Of a stretch of 64,000 nt of DNA, positions 25,800-38,365 are shown one piece after another. A program made the translations under genes and the position numbers. The notes beneath the pieces were generated by a model. That model was not told the origin of the DNA, did not search any database, and saw nothing but the letters and a program-made list of their open reading frames with translations. The first letter of the stretch is position 1. Each line of letters starts with the position of its first letter. The stretch is from Sphaerodactylus townsendi (taxonomy: Eukaryota), in the NCBI RefSeq assembly GCF_021028975.2, contig NC_059427.1, forward strand, positions 68,572,001 to 68,636,000, read 5' to 3'.

Positions 25800-26375
25800 G
25801 GGGTCTGTACTAAAGAAGTTTGGAGATATCATTTTGGAGCCTCTGCCTGTTCCTCGTAATATTTGAGAATTCCTTGAAAAAGAGCATGGTGCTTGGTGGC
25901 ATATTTTATACTGGTAAATATATAAAAAGGGGGAAGGTAGGCACAGGAAACTATAGACCAGTCAGCTTGCCTTTAATACTTGGCAAAATTCTTGAGCAGC
26001 TTATTATATGGTCCAGAAAAACATATTGATAACTTGGAGCCAAATGGGTTTATCAAGAATAAGGCATGCCAGATCAACTGTGCTTCCCCTTTTTTTATGT
26101 TGAATGAATTAGTTTGGTTGACAATGGGGATACTGTAGATATCATTTCAGCAAAACATTTAACAAAATCTCCCATTATGTCCATGTGGATAAGATGGTTA
26201 AAGATGACTGGACAATACTGTTAGGTGGATTCATTGCTGGTTGGAAAGTGGAGGCAGGTCTTGAGTGGAGTGCCTGTCTTTGACCTTGTACTATTCAATG
26301 TTTTAACATATTTTATAAATTATTTGGATTAGTTTTTGAGGAAGCATTTATCAAATCTGGAAACAACCGAAAGCT
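25800..26375 (+). mobile_element. Degenerate CR1 RT fragment
   Basis: KRGKVGTGNYRPVSLPLILGKILEQ followed by remnants of RT motifs. Confidence 0.8.
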
Positions 26376-26399
26376 GGGAGCGATAAAGATTGAAGTGTA

Positions 26400-26660
26400 T
26401 TGTTCTCCCCACGATTACTAATTCATTTAAAAGTGTGGAGGTTATTCTGGATCCTACCTTATTATTAAAGAAGAAAATTAATGCAGTAGCAAAAAAAGGT
26501 TTGCATCCAACCCAGCCTAGCCCATAAGATGGACTCATATCTTGAGACATAAATGTTAGACTTCTGTAATGCACTGCACATTGGTCTCCCCTCAAAATCA
26601 ACTCGAAAACTCCAACTTGTGTAGAATGTTGCAGCTCAGCTATTATTTATTGAGCACTAG
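26400..26660 (+). mobile_element. Degenerate L2 fragment
   Basis: LDFCNALHIGLPLK...KLQLV.NVAA motif. Confidence 0.65.
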
Positions 26661-26759
26661 AAAGAAAGACAAAAAGAAAGAAAGGTAAACAGAATGAAAG
26701 AGTGAAGGTGAGCAATCCTACTTATTAACTAAAAGGACTCAGCTATAGTAACTAGGTTT

Positions 26760-27990
26760 ACTCAGCTTGGTCCCATTCTCCCTGTTGCATTCCTGACATA
26801 GATCATCATACAGGGTGACTGAGGTTGTTATCATGCCAAAGCCAGGCCTGAATTCTGATTGATATGGATCCGGATAATCAGTTTCATCCAAGAGAGGCTG
26901 GAGTTGATTGGCAACCATCTTCTCTTTGTCCTTGCCCAGGAAAGGGTTATTTGCTACCATTCAGATTTTCCAGGTCAAGGGAGGGTTTCTTAAAGTGGTC
27001 TTACAACTGCCTTTTTGAGGCAGGACAGAACCACTCCTTCTTACAAAGAGGCATTAATGACCTCTCTGACCCAGCTGGTTATCCCTCCCTTACAGGCTTT
27101 AATAAGCTAGGAGGGACAAGGATGTAGAACAGAGGTGGTCACATGAACCTGTCCAAGCATTTTGCCCATGCCTTTGAGCTGAATCAACTGAAACTCATCC
27201 AATAAAACTGGATTAAGCTGTGCTCCGAATAGCTCCGTCAATTCAACTGCCATAACTTAGTGAATGCAACACATTTTATTCTGGAAGCGCCCAGTGAGTA
27301 AAATAAAAAAGCAAGCCAAAGATGCTTCCAAATTGTCCATAGGGACAAAGTGTATTAAGGTCCAACCCATCTTGAAAAGCTCCACTAGGCAGCAAAAACA
27401 AGATTGAATAGAGAGTCAGTGAAATATTGTTTCTTTGTGGTCCTCACTGGCTCAAAATATACCTACCGGTAATTGTAGGCACAGACCAGTTTTCCGTTGC
27501 GTAAATCAAGAATTTTCCTCCAACTGCACTCTAGCCATCTCCTGAAAGTTGTTTCATAGCTCTCAGATCTGGGGTATACCATGGAGCTGTATGGGCTTTA
27601 CAGTAGAGATGGTGCTTAGGAGCAATCATGTCAACTGCCCAGGTCATTTATGTTTTCTATAGAACAGCCAGGATTGTGGCAAGAGCACCAGTTATTTCAG
27701 CCAGAAAAAAAAACACCTCATAGCCTTCTGGAAACCATCCAGATCCATTAGTCTCCAGGTGTGAATCATCTTAATGGGTTTCCTCCATTTACACAGGGAA
27801 AGTGCTGCTGTAAGCCTAAATCTCAACAGGTGTGGATCTGACCTCTAAGACAAAGTGAATGAATCAAAGTTCCTCACGTTCAGAGCGTCATGCTTAAATC
27901 CATCTGAAAAGACCAGATCTAGAGGGTGCCTCATCACATACATTGAACACCAGTCACATATTGAGACAGTCCCATGACCATCATTGCAGC
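26760..27990 (-). mobile_element. Degenerate L2 EN-RT fragment
   Basis: HPLDLVFSD (endonuclease end) and PFLGK..EKMVANQLQ...DPYQSEFRPGFG (RT start). Confidence 0.8.
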
Positions 27991-28543
27991 TATGAAATGG
28001 TGGACAGAACAGGGCATGTGCCTCTCTCTTTCTCACTGTTCCTTTCCTCTTCTATTTTTTTTTCTATTCCAAAGATTGGGTATAATCAGAGCTAATCAGA
28101 AAATTATGAGCTGTCTGATTGCTGATTAGATTTCTAATGTTAATATAGTCAAGAAGCCTCTCTTAGTGTTGTATTTTTACAGAAGTGTAAAAATAATATC
28201 TTGGAAGATGAGTGGAGAAAACTATAGCAGTGGGAGGGATGTATACAGACTTGAAAAAAAAACAGTGTCAAGGGAAGGACCAAATATCTCTGATCTGGGG
28301 ATGGAAGAATGGGCAGATTAAGCATGTGGCTAGGTTATAAATCTATGTGGGATAACAGTCCTTAGCAAGAGGAGAAGGTAGGTCTCTTACTCGAGAAATG
28401 TTATAGAAAACATGATGACTTTGATACCATGAGACAATAACGACTACAAGTGAAAGAGGAACCTGCAGTATCATTACTGCGTGGAATGCAGAGCCTCATT
28501 CTAAAGGACAGTATCTAGCACTGAAGCAAGAAATATAAATTAC

Positions 28544-28561
28544 CTCAGTTTTTTCAATATC
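28544..28561 (-). other. Candidate 18-nt microexon
   Basis: ctgtgccctcctctctgttgctcctccatattcag|GATATTGAAAAAACTGAG|gtaatt; frame-preserving length; no transcript evidence. Confidence 0.3.
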
Positions 28562-29649
28562 CTGAATATGGAGGAGCAACAGAGAGGAGGGCACAGAATA
28601 AACATATTTTATCACTAGATAACTTCCGAATTTTGTACTATTTTAGCTGTCAAGCGGTTATGTGGCGATTGTTGCTGAGAGATGATTCTCATTTTACCCA
28701 CCTAAGTGCGAGACCAGCAGAAATGAAGTGACTGCACTCTCCTTGAACTAAAGGTTGAAATGAGATTTGCCCTGACAGTTACCACCATTTCCAAAGGGGG
28801 GGACCACCATGCCCTTGCCCTGGGGATGATGTAGAAGGCTAACTAATCAGAAATCCCACATTGACTGATATCTAAACTGGAATTCCTTATAAGCATCATT
28901 TCCCGCTGGAGATCATCAGAGTAATCATTTCCTCTGATTCTGAACTATGCTCCTTGGCAAGAAATTTTCCTATCAAATGTTTTTCAGGGGGTGGGGGGTG
29001 GGAATTGAGACATCACTACTAAATACCAATATAAAAGTTTATCTGTGAGCGGGCAATTGGTTCTGCCTCCAAGGCACTAGGGAGTGTGTTTCAAGCATTG
29101 CTCCCTTTACTGTATGATCATGTTCCCATCCGTTTCCCATGTAGTCACTGTAATATGAAAATCATCTATGAATGTCGTCCCAATCAGAAATCTGTAAGCT
29201 TTTGTGCAAACTGCAATAGGGACATAATGAGTAAGCTACTCTTCTTGTGAAACGACAGTGGATGTGTCTGGAAATTATGAAGAACACCATCCTTGCATCA
29301 GGATAAAACAGAAGAAATCTTGCTAGATGGTCCCTGTCACCACTGACAGATCAGTGCTCAGCTAAAATGGGGGGGGGGGGTGTTTCATAAAAATGTTCAC
29401 ATGTTCCCCCCTCACACACACAGAAAATATGCCTCTTTCTTATGGCTTTTTATATGCTTTGTGAAAGAGTGAAAAAATAGTTCCCAATGGGAGAGGTGGG
29501 GAACTGATGAAGGTATCACTGTTGCCAGGGGAACCAGGCCAATGCCCCTTACTCCATTCTAGTGCCTTGTCATTATCTAGTTGATGCAGAATACAAACAG
29601 ATTTGCAGTCAAATATGCTTTCCAGTAAAAGTAATGCAGTAATAGGAAT

Positions 29650-29893
29650 GCAAACCTGGGGATTCCCCAGAATTACAGCTCATCTCCAGACTACAAAGAT
29701 CAGCTCCCATGAAGAAAACAAAATTTTAGAGGATGGACTCAATGACATTGTAATCCACTGAGGTCCCTGTCCTCCACAGGCCCCATCCCCAAATCTCCAC
29801 TAGTGTCCCATCCTGGTTCTGGAAACCTTAGCCCGCCTGCCCACCCCCCTCCCCCATTCCCTACTGGTGGTCACAGGGGTTCTGGCAACCCTA
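29650..29893 (+). mobile_element. TAGGGTTGCCA-terminus hAT-like MITE
   Basis: Ends ctggcaacccta; interior shared with 42574-42830. Confidence 0.6.
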
Positions 29894-30247
29894 TGTAGTA
29901 CAAATGGTCAAGATTCGCATATGGATAGGGATAATTATGTGGCACTGGAGCTGGTTTAGGCCAAAAGTCTTGCAGTGTAAATCTACCAGTTCGGTGCACT
30001 TAAACCATTAATGTCAGTTGCTTGGTCAACAAAGATATGGGAAAGTTTCATTTGCTTTAGTGATTAATCATATAGGCAGTTCTAGCTAATTGTGTAGCTA
30101 TGTGATCATTAGTCGACTAGGATCACACAGAGAAGAAACCTCTTCACGTCAAAATTATGTCAGTAAATCAAAGGAGCAATCCTATGGATCACAGGCACAC
30201 AGATCTCATGAAAGGTAACCTTCCCCTTCCCACAATAGCTGCCCCCC

Positions 30248-30278
<31 letters not shown>

Positions 30279-30711
30279 TATCTCTGTTGAAGGTTGTGAG
30301 TCACTTCTAAATGAAATGTTATATGGCAGGGAAGCTGCAGTAAGGAAGGTGAATTTGGCAAAATTGCCCCCTAGAAGAAATTTGCTTATGGGCATTCAGG
30401 AAGGATGAGACTGAACATGCACAGTCTTCTCTCTCTGCATGTCTATTGGTTTTTGAAAGATTTTGATCTCTTCAGAGGAATAAATATTTTCTGCATGTCT
30501 GAGGTCTTCCCTGGGTTTGCATAAGTTTCCCTCTGGTAACTGTTTTGTTGATCTAATTATTAGTGTATGATAAAAGACTACCTGTGATTATAAGTGTTCC
30601 TGGTTTCTGTTGTTCATAGATTTGTCTAATTCTTTTTATAGTCTGAAGCAATCATCACATTTTGTGCCAGTTAACTCAAAAAGGTAATGATGAATAGATA
30701 CACTTTGAACC

Positions 30712-30869
30712 CAGTGGCGTAGCTACAATGAGGACATCTAGAGACATTTGTCCCAGGCACCACCATTGTAGGTCACATGGGGGCGCAAAATGGTCCCCCA
30801 CAAGGCCATGGCCCCCTGCCAGGTCAAGCACAAGTATTTCAGGAGTCCAGGCTACACAGAGCCACACTG
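30712..30869. mobile_element. Degenerate hAT-like MITE
   Basis: cagtggcgtagc start and degenerate cactg end. Confidence 0.45.
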
Positions 30870-33187
30870 GTTTTGTATGTTAATAAAGGTTGTTTTTGAG
30901 CAGGCTTGGTGCTGCCTTTGAGCTATCTTTTAAGTTATGGTGAGCATTTTTAAAATTATGATTTTAAACTGTAATGTAGGTTTAACATGTTGTTGTCACA
31001 CTGAGCCCTTCTGGGATGGGCAAGGTATAAAACTAAAAATAAAAATGGTTAAAATTTTTAACAGCATACCCATAAATATGCATACCCATAAATATGCTAA
31101 ATATGCAAATTAGTTTGAGTTTATATATCTATACAAACATGAGTTATGATTATTAAACATATTGTGCATATAAGTTCATTTATTTTAAAATAATTAGACA
31201 CAAGAGAAGAGTTTATTATTAGGTTTATTAATATATTTGTATACCTGATGCTCAAAGGTGACATTAATTGAAGTTTTAAATATGCAAATTCATACACTGG
31301 TGATACACCATACACTGGTGATTAGGACTGGTGATTAGAACCAAACTACATTTACATTTTTGATGAATTGGGTCCAAGTTCCCAGGGGAGTAATTTTTCC
31401 AGTTTAGGAGCACTGCATGGAGTATTCTCCCCTTCTTAACTGTTTCAGCATGATAAAATAGCATGGGTGGGACATAAGAGCTCCCCCCATGCCTTCATTC
31501 AGGATCCTGGGACTTTAAAAATGTCTTTCTCCACAGCAGCTATGTGACTCTAGAGAAAGTGAGTTGGGTCCAGGAATACAAACTCAATTCATTAAAAACA
31601 TGGTTTTGCCCTTAATGACGATCAACTCCCACCCCCCTCCAATTTTATTTGGGATTTGGCTCAGCTATTTTTCCTTCTGAATCTAGGACAGCTTCAAAAA
31701 TTCAAAAAATCTTTTGGTCCTTTTCTCTGGTGTGCATTCAAGATTTAAATGTCCCTTCTTTCTGGACTGTGTTAAAAACTGCACGCTGCAGCTGGGATAG
31801 ATCTCTGAAGTTATGATTTTTAAGAATGACCCATGGTTTGCAAAATGTGTTGTCAGTTTTAGAAAAGTAAAATATTCAGGGATCATATGGAGAAGCAGTA
31901 TTGAGTGATTTCACAAGCTTCGTAAGAGTAGTGTTTTGTCAATGGCCTGACTGAGTCTGACTCACAATATGTGATATTATATTGTAAATTTTGAGACACA
32001 CTTCTCTGACAAATGGTTGCAACTGAGCCAGCAGGGGGAGCCTTCATTCACATACACGCTATATTCCATATCCTGAGATGGATGAAACCAGAAAATGAAA
32101 GAGTTTGCCATTTCACTCTGTTTACAATCCATTTAATTAGCTGTTCGGTGCAAACAGAAAACTCTTGCAATTATTTTGAAAATGTCTCAAAATATTCCCC
32201 AACGCAGCTTAAACAGATGCAAGATGTCAACAGGCTGACTGGAATGGCAAAAAGTTTGTTGACTGTACTTTTGCATCACTCACATCAGAACAAGTGTTTT
32301 GCTTGTTCCCCGTATAATTTGGCTTTATTAGTCAGGGTCCCATCTGCTGAAACCAGACAACTGAACAAAACAGCCTCTGGTTCAGAGCAGCTTCCTTGAA
32401 AGATGAGTGGAACTGGATATTCTTAAATCAAACAGCACCTGTTTGGATCCACCTGCTATTTGTAAAGCAACGGAAGATACTGAAGTTGACACTTGTTTCT
32501 GCTTTTCCTATTTGTCACACAAACAATTGCTGCATTGACATTTGACTGCCTTGGGGATCTGTGTGCATACAGAACCACAAAGCAAAAAAAAAAAAGAGTC
32601 TGCTCTAACAGCAAACTTGTTGCTCCTGACAAGCAAGAGCTTGGTCAGTATTTCAAGGCAGGTCACTGGAAGGCGGGGGTGGGAAGGGACTTTAGTGAGG
32701 GTTAATCCCATAACATAGAGTCCATCCTCCAAAGGATCCATTTTTCTCCAGAAGTGCTGATCTCTGTAGTTGGGATGTCAGAAGATCTCATGTGGATAAT
32801 GGCAATCCTAGTCAGGTTACAACTAGTGTGCATAACTTGAGTGCAGCCTATGGACCATACACTATGTCCTATCAGGAGCTTTGTAATTCTGAGCAGACAG
32901 CAAAAGCATAAAATGGATTAATCCCTGGTGGGGTACATGCATGGCTGGTGATCTTCTTTCAGCTTTGTCACTCATGAGTTGTAGACAAGCCTTTTTTCAG
33001 TCATCTGAATTTGGGGAGGGGATTCATAAACTGAGTTTATTCACATACTAAAGGGGTGGATCCCACCCAACACATGCAAATCAAGTTTGCTAGTTGCACC
33101 CTTTATACTTGTTAACAGGCAAATGGTTCTTTCTCTCACCCTGGACATTCCAGAGATATATACACTCCACTTGCTTTACTAACATCA

Positions 33188-33281
33188 AATCCTCTGAAGA
33201 TTGGCCACAGATACAGGTGAAACGTCAGGAGAAAGTGCTACTAGAACACGGCCATACAGCCTGGAAACCACACAGCACCCC
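33188..33281 (+). mobile_element. Penelope-like pLTR fragment
   Basis: Homologous to the copies at 4295, 36090 and 55555, in the opposite orientation. Confidence 0.85.
33190..33230 (+). ncRNA. Minimal hammerhead ribozyme motif with damaged stem II
   Basis: tcct CTGAAGA t tggccacagatacaggt GAAAC GTC agga. Confidence 0.6.
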
Positions 33282-34848
33282 TGAGTTTAGAGACTTTGCC
33301 TTCTCAACACATGCAGGTTTCAAGTCCAACCTTTTGCATTAATATTGCCATGAAAATAGCAGTTTAAACTCTATATTTGTTGCTTTTTTATTTTTCAAAA
33401 GCCTGGAACTTTAAAAAATGATAGGGGGGAAATATAAATATTACAGTTTGTTAGGAATTGCACAACCCCCCTTTTTTAAAAAAGCCTATCACAAAATTAA
33501 TAGTTAAGAGCTTAAAACAAGCAAAAAATGCAATGCTAGTAGAACTGAGAATAATTGCATTTCATTTCTAGCCCATATCTCTAAAAACTCAAAATAAAAT
33601 CTGTGTATCCACTAAAAATAGTTGTAAATTGGAGAATATAAATACTTATAAAAGAAAGGCCAATAATAGTAGAGTAAATGAAAACATTACATCCAATTGA
33701 AAACATTACATCCAAACCACATTTAAGTCCAACTGGTTTCAGAGATATTCTGACCCTTAACCTTCTTGTTTACCATCCATATTTTTGACATTTATGATTG
33801 TACTACTAACTTACAGGTTTTGCCTGCCCAATTTCAGACATAGTGAAGTGTCCCAGACTAGTTAACTGGGGGGGGGGGGATCACCCATTCCCCCTCCCTA
33901 CCTGTTTATTCTTCATACCTGTGGAGTCATGGAGGAAAATTTGCAGCTAGATCAATAAAGTTGGGGGGTCATTACAAAAGCTGGTGAAGATTTAAAATAT
34001 ATTTCCTTTCATGCTATTAATATAGAAATGCCATTGCAAATTAAAAACCGACTTCAATATTCCTGCATTAGTGGATAATGAAAATAGCCACAGAGTGAAG
34101 GTACCATATAGAAAAACTCACACATTTTCCCATAGTGCGTCATGTGCCATCATTCCCCCACCACACAAACACACACACACACACACACACCAGCTCTAGC
34201 CTTCAGTCTCTCCAGTTGACTGTGTGGAGCACAAAGATGACTGTGTGGAGCACAAAGATAAATACCCAGTATGAATGGCAGGTATTATTCTCTGTTACAC
34301 TAATGTTCTGATTAATGAGTTCTTTCCACTCATTGTGTGCTTTCACTTTGATTCATCCTGATGGCTGTAACTGTATAATAGACTATCTACTGTAATTCTC
34401 CCCACATTGTTGCTGCTTATTAACTTGGTATGATGTTATCGGTATAATTTTAACTAACATCAGTGAATTATATTTAGTTATAATTCAATTATTAAAAGAC
34501 AGAAAATAGATTTTTAAAAAGAGTAGCCCATTTCCTTATCTGTTTTGCAAATCAGGCACTTTTTGGGATTTTTTTCTTTTAGAATCCTGAGAAACTATCC
34601 ACATTTTTTAAGAAAATCACATTTTGCATTTAAAAACCATTTATTAAAAAAGTTTTTCAAATCTAGAGATATGTTTGCTTTATGTAGCTGTTGAAAAATA
34701 TTAAATGTAACATAGTAAACTTAATTCAAATGGTTATTATCCAAAGATAGGTGAAAGTAGAAAGAAACTTACTAACCATTTTTAGGACGAAGGTACCAAT
34801 TTTGTATGCTTGTGTGTTGACTAAACAACTGCGATTGTTTAGCCATTG

Positions 34849-34907
34849 TAGAATCAGAGAATCATAGAGTTGGAAGAGACCCCAGGGACCATCAAGTTCA
34901 ACCCCCT
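34849..34907 (-). mobile_element. Short CR1 3' end
   Basis: tagaatc...atagagttggaagagacccc...atcaagttcaaccccct, i.e. an (ATTCTATG)-type tail and hairpin. Confidence 0.7.
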
Positions 34908-34911
34908 ACAA

Positions 34912-35260
34912 AGTAGTGTAGTTGTTGGAATGAGACTAGGTTCTGGGATGCTAGTGTTCAAATCCCCTTACTGAGATTCAGAGGCGGAGCGAGGGGAAAC
35001 TCCACCAGGGGCGCATGTGTGACCTGTGCCCCTGCTGCAGCAGCACCTGCTCCACCCTGGAACACCCCCAGAATGCTCCCGCCATGGCCTAGCCATGCCT
35101 CCACTGTGGCTCTGTCCAAGGTGTCGCACTCTTCCTCGCCCTGTTAGCACTACGCCACAGATGAGATTAAATTCATTGAGTGAGCTTGGGCTACCCATAT
35201 GCTCTCAGGCTAATCTATGTCTTCTGTAAGGATACTGTGGGGAAAGCAGAACCATGTACA
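34912..35260 (+). mobile_element. Old MIR/CORE-like SINE interrupted by a MITE
   Basis: B-box gttcaaatcc before the insertion and CORE-like gagtgagcttgggct after it. Confidence 0.5.
34979..35160. mobile_element. hAT MITE, 182 bp
   Basis: Termini cagaggcggagcg / cactacgccacag; TSD ctgagatt / atgagatt. Confidence 0.8.
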
Positions 35261-35697
35261 AGATACTCTCCAGTATATCACTTCTATGACTTTAATAAAA
35301 CAAAAGAATCCCATTCAGACCAATGGAGTCCTATATAGAAAAGGAATTGTGATTCACCATTATAAAACACACTGTAAAGATGCTATACTGCCATCTTTGC
35401 ACACACTGTATACTTCCGAGTTCCTGCAATTTACAGGGTTTTTGATAGGTTTTTCTAGGAGCACATTAATAATTTAAGCTTAATAATATGTAGCACACAA
35501 AATTAGCGTCTGAATGTTATTGCTGGATAGCTAATGCTGCTTCTCAACTAATGCTGCTTTTCAACGAGAACAGATATGAGTACTAATCCACATTGTCAAC
35601 AGTGTCAACATAATCAAGAGATCAGTCAACCCACACTGTAATATTGTTAAAACTGTTGTTTGAAATGTATATTTTTCACCTTATGTACACATCAGAA

Positions 35698-35935
35698 AGA
35701 GACCCAGCATGGTGAAGTGGTTAAGAGCTAGTGGGCTCTAACCTGGAGAACTGGGTTTGGTTCCCCTTTCCTCCACATGAAGGCTTCTGGGTGACCTTGG
35801 GCTAGTCACAGTTCTCTCAAAATTCTCTCAGCCCTACCTACCTCACAAGGTGTCTATTGTGGGGAGAGGAAGAAGGAGTTTGTAAGCCACTTTAAAACTC
35901 CTTATGGTTGGGAAAAGTGGGGTATAAATCTAAAT
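35698..35935 (+). mobile_element. tRNA-CORE SINE (Squam3-like)
   Basis: A- and B-box head, tgggtgaccttgggctagtcac and L2-like 3' end. Confidence 0.8.
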
Positions 35936-36089
35936 TTATCTGAAACTCATCAAAGTCACCTAATAATAATTGGACTAATACTCTATTACTATGTGCACAC
36001 AAATGGGGGCATCTGTGGAGTTTCAAATAATCTTTAAAATAAAAATACATGAAGTGGCTATACTTTGATCCAACACATTAGAAGAATGT

Positions 36090-36399
36090 GGGGTGCTGTG
36101 TGGTTTCCGGGCTGTATGGCCGTGTTCTAGCAGCATTCTCTCCTGACGTTTTGCTTGCATCTGTGGCCGGCATCTTCAGAGGATCTGATAGTAGGAAAGG
36201 AAAGCAAGTGGAGTATATATACCTGTGAGTAAAGGTCAATAGGTGAGGGCATCTGAATAGGAGTGGCCTGGCAAGTGAGTAACAATTAAGTGTATCATGT
36301 GAGTAACAATGGAGATAGCAAGGTCAATAGGTGAGGCATCTGAATAAGAAGTAGTCTGGCCTTTGTTCCCTTGTCTATAGTCCTCCTGTGTTTGACAAT
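36090..36399 (-). mobile_element. Penelope-like element 3' region
   Basis: pLTR plus internal repeats shared with 55555-55810; 14-bp TSD acattagaagaatg (36075-36088 and 36400-36413); short inverted tail remnant tttgacaat. Confidence 0.88.
36141..36183 (-). ncRNA. Minimal hammerhead ribozyme motif, core mutated (GAAA to AAAA)
   Basis: Reverse complement tcct CTGAAGA t gcc...agc AAAAC GTC agga. Confidence 0.55.
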
Positions 36400-37319
36400 A
36401 CATTAGAAGAATGCCCCTAATTACCTTAATCAAAAGATGGCAAGCCTAATTCTTGGAGACATGTAGAATTTCCTTGTCATTACTAGTGTTTAGTCAAATT
36501 ATCATGGCCTTCAGTTTTTGTGTCACCGTGTGCCTATCAGATGAAAGAGAAGCTTTTGTTGAAAATCCAAGCAAAGGCTGCAGAAATTAGAAAGTTTCTC
36601 TGGCTTTTGGTCAAGACTTGGAAACTGATCATTGCTCGAAAGGAGCTATGCAGGAGTCCCCCAAAGGCTGATTTTAGCTGCGCAAACAGAAGTGATAAAG
36701 ATCTCAAATCTGTTTGATAATCTGTAAAAGTCAATTGGGTATGATAGAACAGATTCACATTGGGACCGTGTAGGGAGAGGAGATGGAATTTTGACCCCTC
36801 AAGCCCTACCTCATTCACTAACAGAAATGGAGCTCCCTGTGCTGTAAGTAAAGTCTTAAAGGGGAAAAGGCATGTCCTTTGAAAGGCTATTCAAAACATG
36901 AAGAGCAGTTTCCATTACTGAAAACTGAGGGGAGGCTGAAGTGCTTAACAGTCCTCTCTTTTTCCTGCATGGTTCCAGTGAGATGCATAGCCTTATGTGT
37001 ATGTAATTTACTTGTTACAGAGTGATTGTTGTTCTTGGTCTCTGTTCTGTCTGTTTTGACTCCTAGGCTAATTCAGTCCTTGAGCTTGTCTCACCAAGGT
37101 CCAGGAAGCCTATGAACCCACTCAGCTAAAGCTTTGAAATAGCCCCTTCATATAATATGTGTAAGCCTTTCCACACTCCGTGTAGCTGTTAGCAAGTCGG
37201 GGACAATATTGGTACTAGTTGAGTAGCCTTGACAAAAGCTTGTTTCCCATGAACCACATTTCATTTACTTACAGTATCTTATAACCAGTTTCTCCTCTAA
37301 TCAACAGGACTCACAAGAT

Positions 37320-38002
37320 AGTTCTTTTTTCATATGTGGTAGACATGTAAACAAGCAAAATTGTTTTGGGATATGATTTTAAAGGATATGCAAAAGATTT
37401 TGAAAATAACAATTGAAAAAAAAACCTGAGGCATTTCTGTTGGGGGAAGTATGCGGGGAAGTATTCCTGATCAATATAGAACACTTTTTATGTATATGGC
37501 AACTGCAGCAAGGATCCTATATGCATACAAATGGAGGGACAACAAAATTCCAACAAAACAAGATTGGATCTTGAAAGTCACAGAGTATGCAGAGATGGCA
37601 AGGCTGACGGCGGTTATTAGAGACGAGAATACGAATAATTTTCTGAAAGACTGGAAATCCTTTGTGGACTACTTATTGGAAACATATACAAACACAGAAA
37701 CACGGCAGGATTCGAGACTTAAATGAAAACTGTGTATTGAATTAAGACAACTTTATTACAAAGACTAAAAGTGAAAAAATGTAGATATTAATTATAAACA
37801 TGTAGTTAGAATTATGCTTGGATCCTTAGTGAGGTAGCTGGAAGTCACCATATATATGTGTAGGTGTTTGTGTATGCATTTTTCTTCTTTTCGTTTAGTA
37901 TTACTATTATAGGGGGAGGGGGGACTTGATCGGGACTTTTTCTTTATCTTTCTGTGTATGTGTTATTTAGATGGATAAAATAAATAAAAATTCTCAAAAA
38001 AA
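37320..38002 (+). mobile_element. L1-clade LINE 3' end (ORF2 C-terminus, 3' UTR, A-rich tail)
   Basis: FFHMW.TC...FW...PEAFLLG, then TAARILYAYKWRDNKIPTKQDWILKV...FLKDWKSFVDYL; tail ataaaataaataaaaa. Confidence 0.85.
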
Positions 38003-38365
38003 GTGGCCTACAATAAATTTAAAATGGAATAGTGCAGGCAAAAGGACTCTGCCCCTCCCCTATTATTTGTGTGATTTAGTTTGATTCTACTGAATGGAGC
38101 TCAGTTTCAGTTTCTAGTTCTCTGTTAACTAATGCTGATGGTCATAACAGGTGCTTGCAAATAAAGCTACTGTTATGGCCAAAACTGTGGCAGACCCCAT
38201 GAATGCCTGAATTAAAACCTTAGAAGAAATTAAATTTTTCTTTCACCTTGGCCGAAACAGAGACTTGAATATCTTTATCATCTCTAACAGCTGAAAAGCA
38301 TTTGAACGGACTTTTCTTAACATGTTGTATCATACTGTAACCATTTTCTAATGTAAATTTTCTTA

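Noticed and set aside
37040-37170. Strong plus-strand splice acceptor near 37067
   Set aside because: All three frames hit stops before a good donor; unsupported without RNA data.
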